Below, one piece after another: positions 35,316-47,899 of a stretch of 64,000 nt of DNA (positions within the stretch are counted from its first letter, which is position 1; each line of letters starts with the position of its first letter). The notes under the pieces were generated by a model. It saw only the letters and a list, made by a program, of their open reading frames with translations. It searched no databases and was not told where the DNA came from. Source of the stretch: Entomortierella parvispora E1425 (lineage: Eukaryota > Fungi > Mortierellomycota); NCBI GenBank assembly GCA_020891255.1, contig BQFW01000007.1, positions 558,001-622,000 of the forward strand, given 5' to 3'. The translations under genes and the position numbers were made by a program.

Positions 35316-38010
35316 ATGCAACGACAGGTACAGTGCAACAACTCCCAAAAAAACTATAAAAAAAACGTGCCTCATGCTCATTTTGTGCTCCTCTCTCTCT
35401 CTCTCTGTCTATGCTGCAAACCCCCTTTGGTCGACTCTTCTTTTGTCGGCATGTCCCCTTCCTTGACACCATGCCCCTCTCTCCGTCCAAAAATATAATA
35501 CTACTAACGGTGGCTGCTCTGGCTCCTGCCTTTCTGCCCGTCGGCATTCGAATTTGACTGATGTTTTGCCAGCCAACATCGTTCCTCTTGGGTCATGTGG
35601 CTCCCGTGATGAGTCTCGATTGCCGAGACTGGATGCTTGCCTCTGGCTCTGGTAAGGATCCAAAAAAAAAAGATAAAAACGCGTGCGACGCCCACATTTT
35701 GGTGTTCAAAGTGGGGGGGACTCCAGAGTGTCTAGTGAAGAAAAAAGTAGAGAAAGTGATAGACAGAAACAAGGCTGTGTTTTGTAACATTAGGTATGGG
35801 CGGAAAGCAACGAACTCACGAGAGCTCTGGGAAGAAGAGGAGCAAACTGTTGGTCAATTGCTGGCCAATGACTAGGGCCATGTGCGCGATAATTGACTTT
35901 TTAGGACATTTCATGCTATTTTTTCCTGTCAACAAAGACATCGCCCAAAACCTGTGGCCTTTCTGTTACCGAGGAAGAGATTTTAGGCTAGGGGAGGAGT
36001 GGGGGTGAGGTGGGAAGAGCAAAAACCACAGGGAAATGCCACAACATCATCACTGGGCTGAGCTGAATTTTTGCTGGACTGCTAAACCTCGCCACCCACC
36101 TGGACCTACTCATGTTTTAGAGGACAAGACGTGCCGCATCTGGGATTTGAGAACAGAAAAAGTTCACAAAGCATTGACAGGATTTGACTCTGCAGTAGGT
36201 TGCATGCCTTCCTTGAGCTGAATTTGTTGAAAAGCATGAAACTCTGACATTGAATCGATCTATGCTTGCGCTTTTGTAGGTGACAACAACTTCTTTTACT
36301 TCTGCAGACGTGCATACGATCTATGTCGGCTCTGGTCGCAAGATTTACACGTATGATCTTCGAATGGAATCCCTCTTGCTCAACGTTGACCAGGCTGCTA
36401 AAGTCTATGATGGTGCTGAGGATGAAATTAATCAGGTAGAGAAGGAACTCTGCTCATGTCATTGGAAAGAAAAGACGCACAATGTCGACTATCACTTGCT
36501 AATATACACTCTTTCAGATCGATATCAACTACAAGGCATCGTATCTGGCCGCGTGTGACGATGCTGGGGATGTACGAGTTCTTGATCTCAAGACTGAAAA
36601 ATGGATGCGTCCTTTGGAGCGCAAACACCAAAACGTGAGTCATTTGCCCATCTGGCTGTCGGTTTTCCTTTCTAATAGTATTCTCAGCTTTTTTGCGACC
36701 CTGCTAACATATCTCTGACGTTGGTGTTTTTAGATTGCTATGACGGTGCAATTCGTTCCGAAAAAGGAACTGCAAGGTATGTGAATGGCCCTTTTTTTTT
36801 TGCCATTGTTGTTCGTACAGGGTTCACACATGGTTTGCAAACGTGGCAGTTAATTTTACCGAGAAAATATTATCGGCATTCTAATGACGTTGGCTTGTTC
36901 CGAAAATCATGCTTTCGTAATGTAGCGCTCACTGGCGGGATGGACAAACTTGTCGTTGCTTGGGATTTTTACAAGGGTCGAGCAACACAACTCATCGAGA
37001 CTGGTAAGACAGCAATGCAACGGTTTGCGACAGCGCTATCAATAGGATCAAATATACATCACAGCGGCAAGCAATGAGAAAAAGGAGCCTTCAATTTATT
37101 TTGCGCGAATTACTCTTTGCTGCCCTCCATGTTTACTAGAAACGCCACAGCCAGCAGCTGTGCAGTCCAAGCAACTGTTCAACCCTCCTTTTGTGCATTC
37201 AATTGCGGCCCATCCTTCGGGAACAAGGGCTGCGGTGGGGTTGGGCGATGGTACAGTTCAATTCCTGCACACTGCAGCCGATCCCCCCACTGCTCCTTCT
37301 TTGGATTCTGCGTCGACTCTTAGCAGCACAACGCCGACGAAAAAGAACAAAAAGAAGGCTCCTGCGGGCTCTGACAACTGGGTCGTGGGCGGCCGCTTGG
37401 TTGATGCACACTCCAGTCCCATTGCAACCATGTAAGTGTTTTAGGTGTAGCAGTAACTGGCAGTAACGGTGGCAGTAACGTCATGGTGGGCCAGCTGCCC
37501 AGTGATCATGATCTTGACCTTGCTTCTGTGGATACTCATTCCTCTTTTATTTGTTGCATGTGTTTATTGCCCGTTTGTGCACGCTGCTGTAGAGGATATG
37601 CTGGGTTCAACTCCAATTGGTTGGTGACTTCGGCCAACAATGGCACAGTGGCAGTGTGGGACGATCAAGCAGCGCGCTACGAAAGTTCACTATTGCAACA
37701 AGAGATGGACCACCGATTGATGCTTCAACAGCAATTGCAAAAAAAGAAGCCGACCGCGCAGGCTATTGCGGCGGTGGAGGCTTTGGGACCGTTGCCTGTG
37801 GGGCGGCCCGTGGAACCGATCCTGGAGTTCAAGACGACCCATGTCTTTGAACGAGTCAATTGTATTGCGACGAGTCAGAGCATCCCAGGGGGCGAAGACG
37901 GCCACCAGGCCGCAGGTGATCCTGCAAAGAATCTATTGTTTGTCGCAGGGACCCATCCACGGACAGGGGACAAGAAACTTCAGGGACGCATTGCAGTTTA
38001 TCCACTGTAG
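35316..38010 (+). CDS. WDR53: WD40-repeat protein, WDR53-like, multi-exon (start exon MQRQ tentative)
   Basis: Spliced blocks: LGHVAPVMSLDC..LASGS|EDKTCRIWDL, AEDEINQ, LAACDDAGDVRVLDL, LTGGMDKLVVAWDF, LFNPPFVHSIA, LVTSANNGTVAVWD. EDEINQ and NPPFVHS are typical of WDR53. Confidence 0.75.
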
Positions 38011-39161
38011 ATTTGTGCGTGTGTGCCCGTTGTGGCACTAGAGAGCTTTGAACTGACGGGCAATTGAGCACGGGTTCTTGTGTCCCTATCCCTCCGCCCC
38101 TCGCCAACCGGATCTCCTTGAAAAGGAACGCGCATGGGTAGATCTTTTGCCGGGATGAGCGCAGGTGTGTTGTGTTGGACTCGGTTGTCCTCCACAACCT
38201 TCTTTGTGGTGCGAGCGGAGAAAATAAATCAACAACAAAAAAAAAAAAATATGACAGAGGGAGAGGCAAGAGGGAATTGAGAGAGATGTCGAGGGCGTGT
38301 GCGTCCCGATGTTTGTTTTTCCCTTTTGGAGCGTAATCGTTTTGCCGCGCAAACAAAACAACTCTTGCAACCAACAAAGATGGCAGAGAAAGTGACACAA
38401 ATGCACCATTTTTTTTCTCTTTTGGTCTTGCCAAGTCCCCACCTCCGTCTTGTCTTGAACAAAGTCAGCAACAGGATGAGGGTCGAGCCATTGCTGTCTC
38501 TCTGGAGGTGCGGCCTGCTTTTTTTTTATCTCTGTCTTGTGCTATCTTGTGCTATCTTGTGCTATTATGGACTTTAGAGTGTGATCGTAAGTCAAAGATC
38601 GGCAGATGTTTGAAAGGAGGGCCAGTGAAAAGTGAATTGGCCAAGCAGGGAGAGACAGCACGCGGAGGGCCCGAGCAGAAGCGAACGACTCATCCCCCCA
38701 ATCGTTGGGTCTCTTGTCTCGATCCAGGGAACCCCCAACGACCCACCCCTTTCTTTTGGAAAGCAGACAAGGAGAGACAGAGCAGCGCGCCAAATGTGAG
38801 AGAGCGCGAGTCCAAGTGAATAAGAAAACAACCGTGAATGAGCACACCGCTAGCCTCTCTCTCCCTCTCTTTTGATGGATGAGAGCTAAGATCAGAGAGG
38901 AGGAGAGGGAGCATCCATGTCCATCCAGGCAACCAGAACAAGAAGACGAGACAAACAGACAGACAGGGGGGGATTTGTCAGTCGCCTCAGAAAATAAAAA
39001 AGGGCGCTCGGCCTCGGCATGCGCAGTTACCTGCGGGACAATTGATTGCAACTGTGGGTCGAAGCGTGCACCGTCAACGTCCTCCGACTGTGTGGGTGAG
39101 CGAAACAGGTCAAGCACCCTCTTTCCCCTGAGAAGAGAGACCTGGCCCGCCCTTACTGCCA

Positions 39162-39162
39162 G

Positions 39163-39220
<58 letters not shown>
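39162..39220. repeat. (GTT)19 trinucleotide microsatellite
   Basis: Read directly from the sequence. Confidence 0.97.
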
Positions 39221-40080
39221 GGGTCTTCTCCTCTTCGTGGCGATAGGATGAACGGAATGGAATTGGGACCGAGACAAGACGGAGGGGCGAGACGCGAGAG
39301 AGAAGAGCGAGGATACAAAGTGGCTTGAGAGAGGGAGATGATCCCCGGTACATCCAATGGGTGGCAGCACCAGAAGAGGAGGGGAAAAGCAAGGATTAGT
39401 CAACACTCCGCCATGGCCGCCATCGTTATCCCGCATCTGCATCATCGCCATCGTCATTGTCGGGCCCAAAGTCCAGTCGATACGATGCAACTCAGTGCGA
39501 TGCGTTGCTATGCGCAGGAGACAGCGATAGGGTTCTCTGACCACACTCCGCGCAGGGGCGGAGTTGAGGATAAACCCGAAGGGGGACTAGAATGTGCGCA
39601 TGCGGCCAACACGCCCAGGGAGAGGAGACACACCCACAGAGAAGAGGACGCGCTTTCTGTTGGCATTACAGTGAGCGAATGAATATAATTCTTCTTTCCT
39701 TCTCTTTCTTCTTCTTCTTCCTGCTCTTTTTCACTTTACTACTCCTCTTGTCTCCTCTCTTTTGTCTCTTCTGCTTTCCTCTCTCTCTTTCCTCTCTCAC
39801 TCTCACTCTCTCTTCATCTTCATCTTCATTCCTTCCTGATCCAAAACATATAACTGCAATTCAACCTCGCTCTACATTCCTTCCTCCTAGCCTCCTTTTG
39901 TTGCCGAACCATCCTTCTTTGTTCCCGCGCATCCTCCCATCCCACCTGTCCTGCCCGTCTGTTGTGGTTCTGCATGACTCGACCTTGCTCTCCCACGTCC
40001 TCTTGAATACCTCCTTTCTCTTTCCCTCTTCTCTTTCCCGCCCTCCATCTCTACTCTGTAACAACACACGCCCTTTTGAA

Positions 40081-43000
40081 ATGGACCGGCTTCAGGATCA
40101 CTTCCGATCAACACTGACCAGTGCAGTGGATGGACCGCTCTCCACCCCACAGCCTCTTGGCTCGGTGTGGGAGCGCCATTCAAAGGTCCAGCTCTTCTGC
40201 ATGGTTCTCTCCATCTTCTTCTGGGTCTTTTCCTTCACCGCTGCCTTCACTGCCATCACTATCAGGTAAACTGTCGCGAACCCTTCTTCCTCACACAACT
40301 GCCTCAACTGGACAGCTGGACAGCTGGACACATACACACGCCCCCTTCTTTTTTGTCCTTGGTGTGTGTGCGTATATGTATGCGTGTACCTGTTCGTCAA
40401 GGACGACGCTTGTGTCAACTAGACCCTGGTCACCAACTGGACATTGACTCGGTCGAGGACAGACAATACGCAACAAGAAAGCAGGCAGGGCGATTGATGG
40501 ACACAAAAACGCGCCTTGCCTTGGCAATTTTTTCATATCTTTTCTTGCTGTCTGTCCCATTTCTGTTTCCAACACACCCTCATATTCTTGCAGCAAGAAT
40601 GGAAGGACGGAAAGGAAGGAGAACTGGATGCTGGACGCCCTGGTGGGCGTAGTCGCAATCGGTCCCTGAAGGAGACAGACGACAGTCCGCACGTTTCTTC
40701 TTGGCCCGCAAAACAAGCGGGACACAGTTTATCACAGCAAGAATAGAATCCAATCCTAATCTTGGGTATTATTGCCTTTTTCTTTCTATTCTTTTTTCTT
40801 GTTTCCCTCCGTGTCAACAGCCGCTGGCGATATGCAGGCCACAAGCGGTCGCTGTCGTCGCGAATGACAAAAGAACAGGTCCCTGGAGTCACGATCATCC
40901 GCCCTCTTCGAGGCATTGACTGCAACATGTACGAGAACCTGGCCTCTAGTTTCCGCCAAGACTATCCCCTCTTTGAGATTGTATTTTCCGTGGCCCAGGC
41001 CAATGACCCGGCCATTGCGGTTGTCAGGGACCTGATGAAGAAGTTCCCAAAGGTCGATGCCCGCCTGATCATTGGTAAGCGAGTCGTTGCGCACGTTGCC
41101 TGGTCCCCTTTCCCCTTTCCACTTTCTGTTATGTAAACAGGCTAGCCGACAACTAGCGAGCGATCAGACAAACGAGGGTCGGAAGGATGACCCTGGTTGT
41201 TGCCCTTTCTCCTCCAATCCTTTCCTCCACGCTCTCGACTTTATTTTCTGACGTGTCCAACAAACGGCCGCGCCTGATCACGGTGTGCCTGCGAGCATGC
41301 CCATTCACAGTTACACAGTTGGCTAAACTGAGGAGCACTGCTGTCAGACGGACAGAATGGCCAGAGGGCACAAACAAACAGACCAGGCAGACTCGCCGGC
41401 AGCGAGAACTCTTTTCCGCACAGACAGCGAGAAAAGACTCGCCAATCATTCACCCCTGCACTACCCACCCCCTTGGCATCCTCTGCATGGTTCCCCTTTA
41501 TTCTCGTCTTTGTGCAATCCACATGGTTCCTGACCCTGCCCCCCTATTGTTTTATTGTTGTCATGCCTCGCTATAGGTGAAAAGAACGTCGGTATCAATC
41601 CAAAGATCAACAACATGATCCAGTCATACGAGACTGCAAAATACGACACTGTCTGGGTCTGCGACTCGAACGTCTATGTGGACCCTGGATGCATGGGCCG
41701 ATCCATGGACAAGATGATGAAACCAGGTGTCGGTCTGGTGCACCACCTGCCATTCGGTGTCCGACCTCAGACTCTTGGTTCGGAGCTTGAGTTGATGTTC
41801 CTGGACACGGTCCACGCCAAGATGTATCTCTTTATCAACTGGACCGGTCTTGCTTCCTGTGTCGTCGGAAAGTCGAACCTTTATCGCCGCTCGGATCTGG
41901 ACAAGGTCGGAGGCATGGCTGCCTTTGGCAAGTACATGGCTGAGGACAACCTCGTTGCGACCGCCATCTTCAACATGGGCTACAAACACGAGATGACCAG
42001 CGACTTGGCATACCAGTCTTTGGGATCCATGTCACCCTCGGATTACTTTTTGAGACGCGCTCGCTGGACCAGGATTCGCAAGTACACTGTCACCGCCGCA
42101 ACTGTCGTGGAACCCTACATTGAGATGATTGGATGCGGACTTGTAGCCTCGTATGGATTCAACCTCCTCTGGCAGATCCATGCCCTCAACTTTTTGGCGT
42201 TTCATGTCGTGATCTGGTTCCTGGTCGATCTGTCCATGTACCAAGCTCTCTCTGGAGAAAAGATGGACAACTTGCAAGGCTTTTTGATGGCTTGGTGCTT
42301 GCGTGAGCTGGCCGCTCTGCCTTTGTATGCTTATGCTGTTGTCGGATCCACTGTTGACTGGCGCGATCAGACTTTTAGACTCCTCCGTGACGGCACCGTC
42401 AAGGCCATCAACCCAGCGCCAGTTGCTGTCAAGGGTCCCAAGATTACTGTTTCCTCTTCCTTTGCCTCCACATCCTCCCCTACGTCTTCAGTTCCATCTT
42501 CACCTACAGAGGCTGCCTTTTGGACCTCCAAAAATCTGGCCAACACGATGGTACCCGAATCGACCCAGGCATCACTTCGAAAGTTCTTCCGCCACCCGGC
42601 CGTCATCTCTATTGTCAGGAGCACCTTTGCTGTGATTCACTTTGTGGTCGACATTTTGATCAAGAGTCAGAGGAATGGTAACCAGGAGGAGGACGAAATT
42701 GAGCACCACATGGAGGGCCATCAGAGCGAGGCGTCGGGATCATCCGGGAAATTGGATGATGTTTTGAAGCTGCAAAGAGTGCCTTTGAAGCATCGCTCCA
42801 GTAGTGGCAGCATCAACAGCAAATCTGGCAAGACCCGCTACACCGTCTTGACAGACTATGATGGTGATGACAGCAGCGCGACCGAAAGCGACGTGGCGCT
42901 GAGGAGACACGCTCGATTGAGGCCCTCGGTCAACAGCTCGACGAACTCTTCTATCGGCTTGAATGCTCAAACTAAATTGCATCGATACGCCATGGAGGAG

Positions 43001-43219
43001 AGCGAGGACGAAGAAAGTCAGGTGTACTCCACGACCAAGACCGAGACAGAGGCCGAGCATGGGCGTCGGTCGACTGAAGAAGATGAGCTGTCAAAGGCTG
43101 TTGAGCCCTATCTCTCAGATTCGCTCAGTCGTCGAGGCGGTCGAAAGACGAGCCATCTCCACCATCGACGAGAATTGTTGCAGTCGAGCTCTCAGTTTTT
43201 GAGCGTGAATGCAGCGTAA
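40081..43219 (+). CDS. GCS1: Ceramide glucosyltransferase (glucosylceramide synthase, GT21), 3 exons, long C-terminal extension
   Basis: N-terminal TM segment, then PGVTIIRPLRGID, GINPKINNM, VCDSN, VVGKSNLYRR, MAEDNL and RRARW (the D, D, D, (Q/R)xxRW motif set). Confidence 0.95.
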
Positions 43220-43729
43220 AAAAGACACCCTAATCTCCTTTTAATTTTCTTTTCCACCTTTTTTTTTGTTTGCTCACTCGTCCCCACCCCCCTTTTTTCC
43301 ATCCTTCCTCCCCTTCTCAACTCTCACTTTGTATCATATTCATCCTAATTGTCAATCTCCTTCGCCCCCAATACCCCTGGTTCCTCAACCTTGTTCACCT
43401 TTCTTTGTCAAATAAAGACCTGCCCTATTGAGGCATTGAGGAATACTTTGCAGATGTACTGTCCACATCCATTTTCATTTCATTGACTTGATGGACATCA
43501 CTCAAACAAGCGGCAAGGAGACTCTTCAAGTTGAGCAAGGTTCCTCTAAAGCGGCGCATTATATTGACGCTCCATTTCTTATTCAGTCTGTCGCAAGCAT
43601 GAACTTTGCCAATCTCCATTGAGTTTGCTGGTGGCGTTATCAGGCCTATCCTGCGGTTACATGCACAAAAGCCCCCCTCTAATGATATGGTCCAATCAGG
43701 ACCATGAAAAATTCCCATGCAATCTGCAA

Positions 43730-45340
43730 GGGCAAGAGTTGCAGTTTGGCGAGTATCCGTACCTTGAGGTAGAAAGCGCAGGATGACATTGTGCATTCTC
43801 GCCTGACGGGAGGACAGTTGGACTTGACAATAGTACAATTGCTACCACGTCAACATGGAACAAGCTTTTCTCATCCCACAATACCAGGGATGCACATTTG
43901 CTCTTTGAGTTGCAACCAGGATCTAGCGGTGGGACCAACGCCATAGGACCTCAGGACTCTCAGGACGACAGCTCTGCCTCTTACTTGAGTGGCCACACTA
44001 ACAAGGTCACTTCTGTAGCGCATTCACCAAGCGGACATCAGATTGCCTCGGGGGGGGGGGGGGAATGTCAATACTGTACGACTGTGGGATGCACAAACTG
44101 GCATTCTCTCTTCTTCATTAAGAGGCCACATCAGCAGGGTCACCTCCGTGGCATACTCACCTAGTGGTCACCAGATCGCGTCTGGCAGTTGGGATGACAC
44201 TGTGCGACCGTGGGATGCTCAGACTGGCGCTCTACCCTCCTCGTGGAGCGGCCACAAGAACAAGGTCACATCTGTAGTCTATTCACCCAGTGGCCGCTAG
44301 GTCGCCCCAGGCAGCCATAACATGACAGTTCGATTATGGGATACAGAGACCAGCACTCTTGGCTCATCAATGAGCGGCCACGCTGACTGGGATACCTCCG
44401 CAGTGTATTCGCCAGACGGTTGCTGGGTCGCCTCAGGTAGTTGTGATAGGACTGTAAGACGCTGGGATGCAGAAACTGGCACTCTCACTTCCTTCAGCGG
44501 TCACACCGGTGCTGTCACCTCTGTTGCATATTCTCCTGATGGTCAACAGATTGCTTCAGGCAGCTATAACGAGACCGTGCGACTGTGGGATGCGCAGACA
44601 GGCGCTCTTTCCTAATGCTTGAAAGGCAACACTGGTGCAGTCACTGCCGTGGTATATTCTCCCAGTGGCTATCACATTGCCTCTTGTAGCGATGACTACA
44701 CTGTGCGGCCGTGGGACACACAGACGGGGATTCTTGTGTCAACCCACAGAGGCCAGTTCGGCGGCATCACTTCCTTGGAATTTTCACCCAGCAGTCATCA
44801 CATCATCACAGACGGCAGGAGCCAGATTAAGAGACTGTCGGATGCGCTACTGGGACCCTTTCGAGGGCCGCACTGACGCTGTCACCTCCATAGCCTATTC
44901 ACCTAATGGCTACCAAATTGCATCGGGCAGTAATGACAAAACTGTGCGATTATGGGATGCGCAGACTGGAGCTTTCATCTCTTTATTGAGAGATTTCAGT
45001 GACATATTCACCCAAATCATCAAATAGCCTCTTGCAGCTATGACGAGACGATTCGAGCTTTAAGCAATGTCTCGCTGTAGTGGATGGCTTTCAAGATGTT
45101 GCCCTCGGTATGTCCTGGAGGCGAATGGCAGCTACCTTGTAGTCGGCGGTGTGGCCAAGTCTGTGCGCGTGTGAAGAGTGGTGGAGGACGAACAGGGCGT
45201 GCATGTGAGTTTGCACTGGCGCTCCACTCCAGACACGCTTGTTTTAGATACAGCTTCCATCCAAGGGGTTCAAGATCTCTGTGAGGTCAATGTACGCCTC
45301 TTGCAGCAACGGCAGACTGGCGTCCTTGAGCCTCAGGTTA
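43730..45340 (+). pseudogene. Decayed 3' half of an NLR-like (NACHT-WD40/HNWD-type) gene: about 8-9 WD40 repeats of ~126 bp with stops and frameshifts; NACHT not present
   Basis: Repeat consensus L.GH...VTSVAYSP.G.QIASGS.D.TVRLWDAQTG. Upstream QFGEYPYL..CAFSPDG and terminal LHWRSTPDTLVLDTASIQGVQDLCEVNVRLLQQR match the linker and C-terminus of Mortierella NACHT-WD40 proteins as I recall them. In-frame TAG (~44298) and TAA (~44613), plus a 14-G run at 44050-44063. Confidence 0.85.
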
Positions 45341-45607
45341 ATGGGTGATATCTCGTTTCTAGTTGTTCGGTTGAACTCGTTGGAAATAACAAGATCGTTT
45401 ACTGGCTATTAGCAGCAATATGGGGGCTTTCTGGAGCTCGAGGCAACGAGTATTCTAACTTTTCAAAATTGATAGTTGGTGGCGGAATGGTGGCGGTGGC
45501 TTTGCCTTTTCGCGTTACCACCAGGGGACTCAAAGACGATTCTTCCGTCCACGTCCATCTTTCATTCACTCCCCCATTCAAGCTTTGTCCACCGCACAAC
45601 CCACGAC

Positions 45608-46537
45608 ATGTCGACTGCAAAGACGAAATCAAAGAGCAAAGCAAAGGCGAAAGCAAAGAATGGAGAGAAACATGCAGAGACGTCATTACAAAGCGCCTCC
45701 AGCCCAAGTACAGAAACAGGAGCAGCGACCACGGCAGCAGCCACGGGAGCAAAGGGCGCAGGAGCAGCAAAGTCTGAGCGTGAACCAATTGAGCCTCTCC
45801 CCGTCATTGACTATGTGGGTTATGAATCAGAACATCAATTGCAGGGAATGATGTACCTGATTGAGAATGACCTCTCGGAGCCTTACTCCATATATACCTA
45901 CCGATACTTTTTGCACCAATGGCCGAAGCTGTCTTTCCTGGTAAGCCGGGTGACCTCTATCTCTAAATACGTCTTTCTGAGACGCTCGACCGCGTGCTCT
46001 GGACTCTACTCTCAGAGTGGCTAGACTGACATGCCTTTCTCCGAATAGGCCATGGACAAGGAGAAGCAAACGTGCATTGGAGTTATCGTATGTCGACTGG
46101 AGCCTCATGGACGCTCAAATTCCAATCGCGGCTATATTGCCATGTTGGCGGTATCAAAGGAGTACCGGAAACGAAAGATTGGCTCGACGTTGGTCTTGAT
46201 GGCCATCGAGGCCATGAAGGCAGGAGGTGCAGACGAGGTAAGTCCTATGGAAAAAAAAGACGATTACTTCCTTGAATCGGGAGCAAAGAGTGTTGAAGGG
46301 ATAGATCTAACCATTGTCCGCTGTATCATCGTATCACAGATTGTGCTGGAGACTGAATACACAAACCAAGGAGCGATTGCCTTGTATCAACAGATGGGCT
46401 TTATCAAGGACAAGAGGCTGTTCCGCTACTATCTCAATGGCGTGGATGCCTTCCGACTGAAGCTTTTTTGCGGGCCTGGTGTAGAGGGAGGGGCAAATGT
46501 CCCTCTGAACCCGGAGCATTCATCGTCGCATTCATGA
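45608..46537 (+). CDS. MAK3: N-alpha-acetyltransferase 30 (NatC catalytic subunit), 3 exons
   Basis: [53 protein letters not shown] and [16 protein letters not shown]. Confidence 0.96.
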
Positions 46538-46800
46538 GGCACACACATAAAAATAAAATGTAAAAAAAAAAGCAGAACTCGTGGAACCGCATGTCTGCGG
46601 AGGCTGTCGTCTTTTTTTTTCTTCTGTAATCCAGGACTTCTTTTTTTTTTTTTTTTTTTTTTTTTGCTCTTTCCCTTCACACAGACATTCCTCTCATTCC
46701 TCTCATTGACAATCCAGCACTTGCCCCTCCCCTTTTTTTTGTCTCTCATTCATCGTCACCTGGCTCCTCTCATTTCCTGTTTTTACTCTTCCCCATTTCC

Positions 46801-47569
46801 ATGCCATCTACTGTCCCCAAAGGCACCACCTCTTCGCGCTCATCGCCTGTGCACAAACTCGTTCAACGGACAAAAAAAATGCGTTTCCCTCGCCGTGCCA
46901 ATCAATTTCTACAGATGCAGGAGGACAGTGGATACTCTGATGGACAGTTCACAGCGCCCATGCCCACGAGTAATTCACATGAATAAAAAAAACAGTCGTA
47001 TTTCGTGGAGCAGCAGAGAAAGGAAACCAGGACTGATACCCGCTCTTCCTCTTCCCTTTCCTTTTCGTTTTTCAGTCCCTTGGAAGTCTATCCTACTAGC
47101 CGTGATCCTGTTGATCCTTGGTGTTGTGGGCCTCACAATAGGATCATTGCTCAAAGTCGGTATTCTCGATAGTCCTGTAAGTCGAACAGAAAAAAAAAAG
47201 ATAATTTGATTTTTCTGCTCATGGACCCTGCATCCTGGATGACAAGAAAAAAAAGGGTGAACTTTTTTTTTTTTTTTTTATTCTCTAACGAAGACCTCAC
47301 CTTGTCTTTCTTTTTCACAGGACTGGTTGGACAAGGGAACACCGCTCCTCATCCTTGGCGCTCTTTGCTTTATTCCTGGTAATGACCCATTCGATGGATT
47401 CTCTCCGCCTCGCTCTTGTCTTGGCAAATGATGGCTTTGTCTGACAAATCCCAACGTCCACACTTTTTTCCCTTCTCTCCTAGGATCATACCATGTTGCT
47501 CTCGCGTATTACGCCTATCAAGAATACGAAGGATACTCTTTCTCACACATCCCGGACCTGGATGATTAG
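46801..47569 (+). CDS. TMEM230: TMEM230-like small membrane protein (DUF872), 4 exons
   Basis: PWKSILLAVILLILG|...LILGALCFIPG|SYHVALAYYAYQEYEGYSFSHIPDLDD* matches the TMEM230 C-terminal pattern PGFYH..IAY.A..G..GYS...IPDFDD. Confidence 0.86.
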
Positions 47570-47899
47570 CCACCCAAGGAGACTATAGTCCCCGCTTTGT
47601 AAATATTTTCAGATAAATAATCGATAAAGAAAAATACTTTTATGAAATTGATTGACAAAAGGAATAGAGAACAACGGAAAAGGAGGGGTTTACAAGGATG
47701 GGCGCAGCTACCAGAGATAGCGTTGGAATACGGGTGTGTGGATAAAACAAGAATATGAGACAAATGCAAAAAGGACCTTCTAGTACTTGACTTTTTGGTG
47801 ATGACCCGTGCACAACAAGGTAATATCCATGATAAAAAAGGAGGACAAGAGTGAAAAAAAACTCACAGCAGGGTCGCTATCATCTTTTTTTCTCTTCGC

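Noticed and set aside
43425-43838. 137-aa minus-strand ORF beside the WD40 relic
   Set aside because: No motif recognised, and it partly overlaps the relic on the opposite strand.
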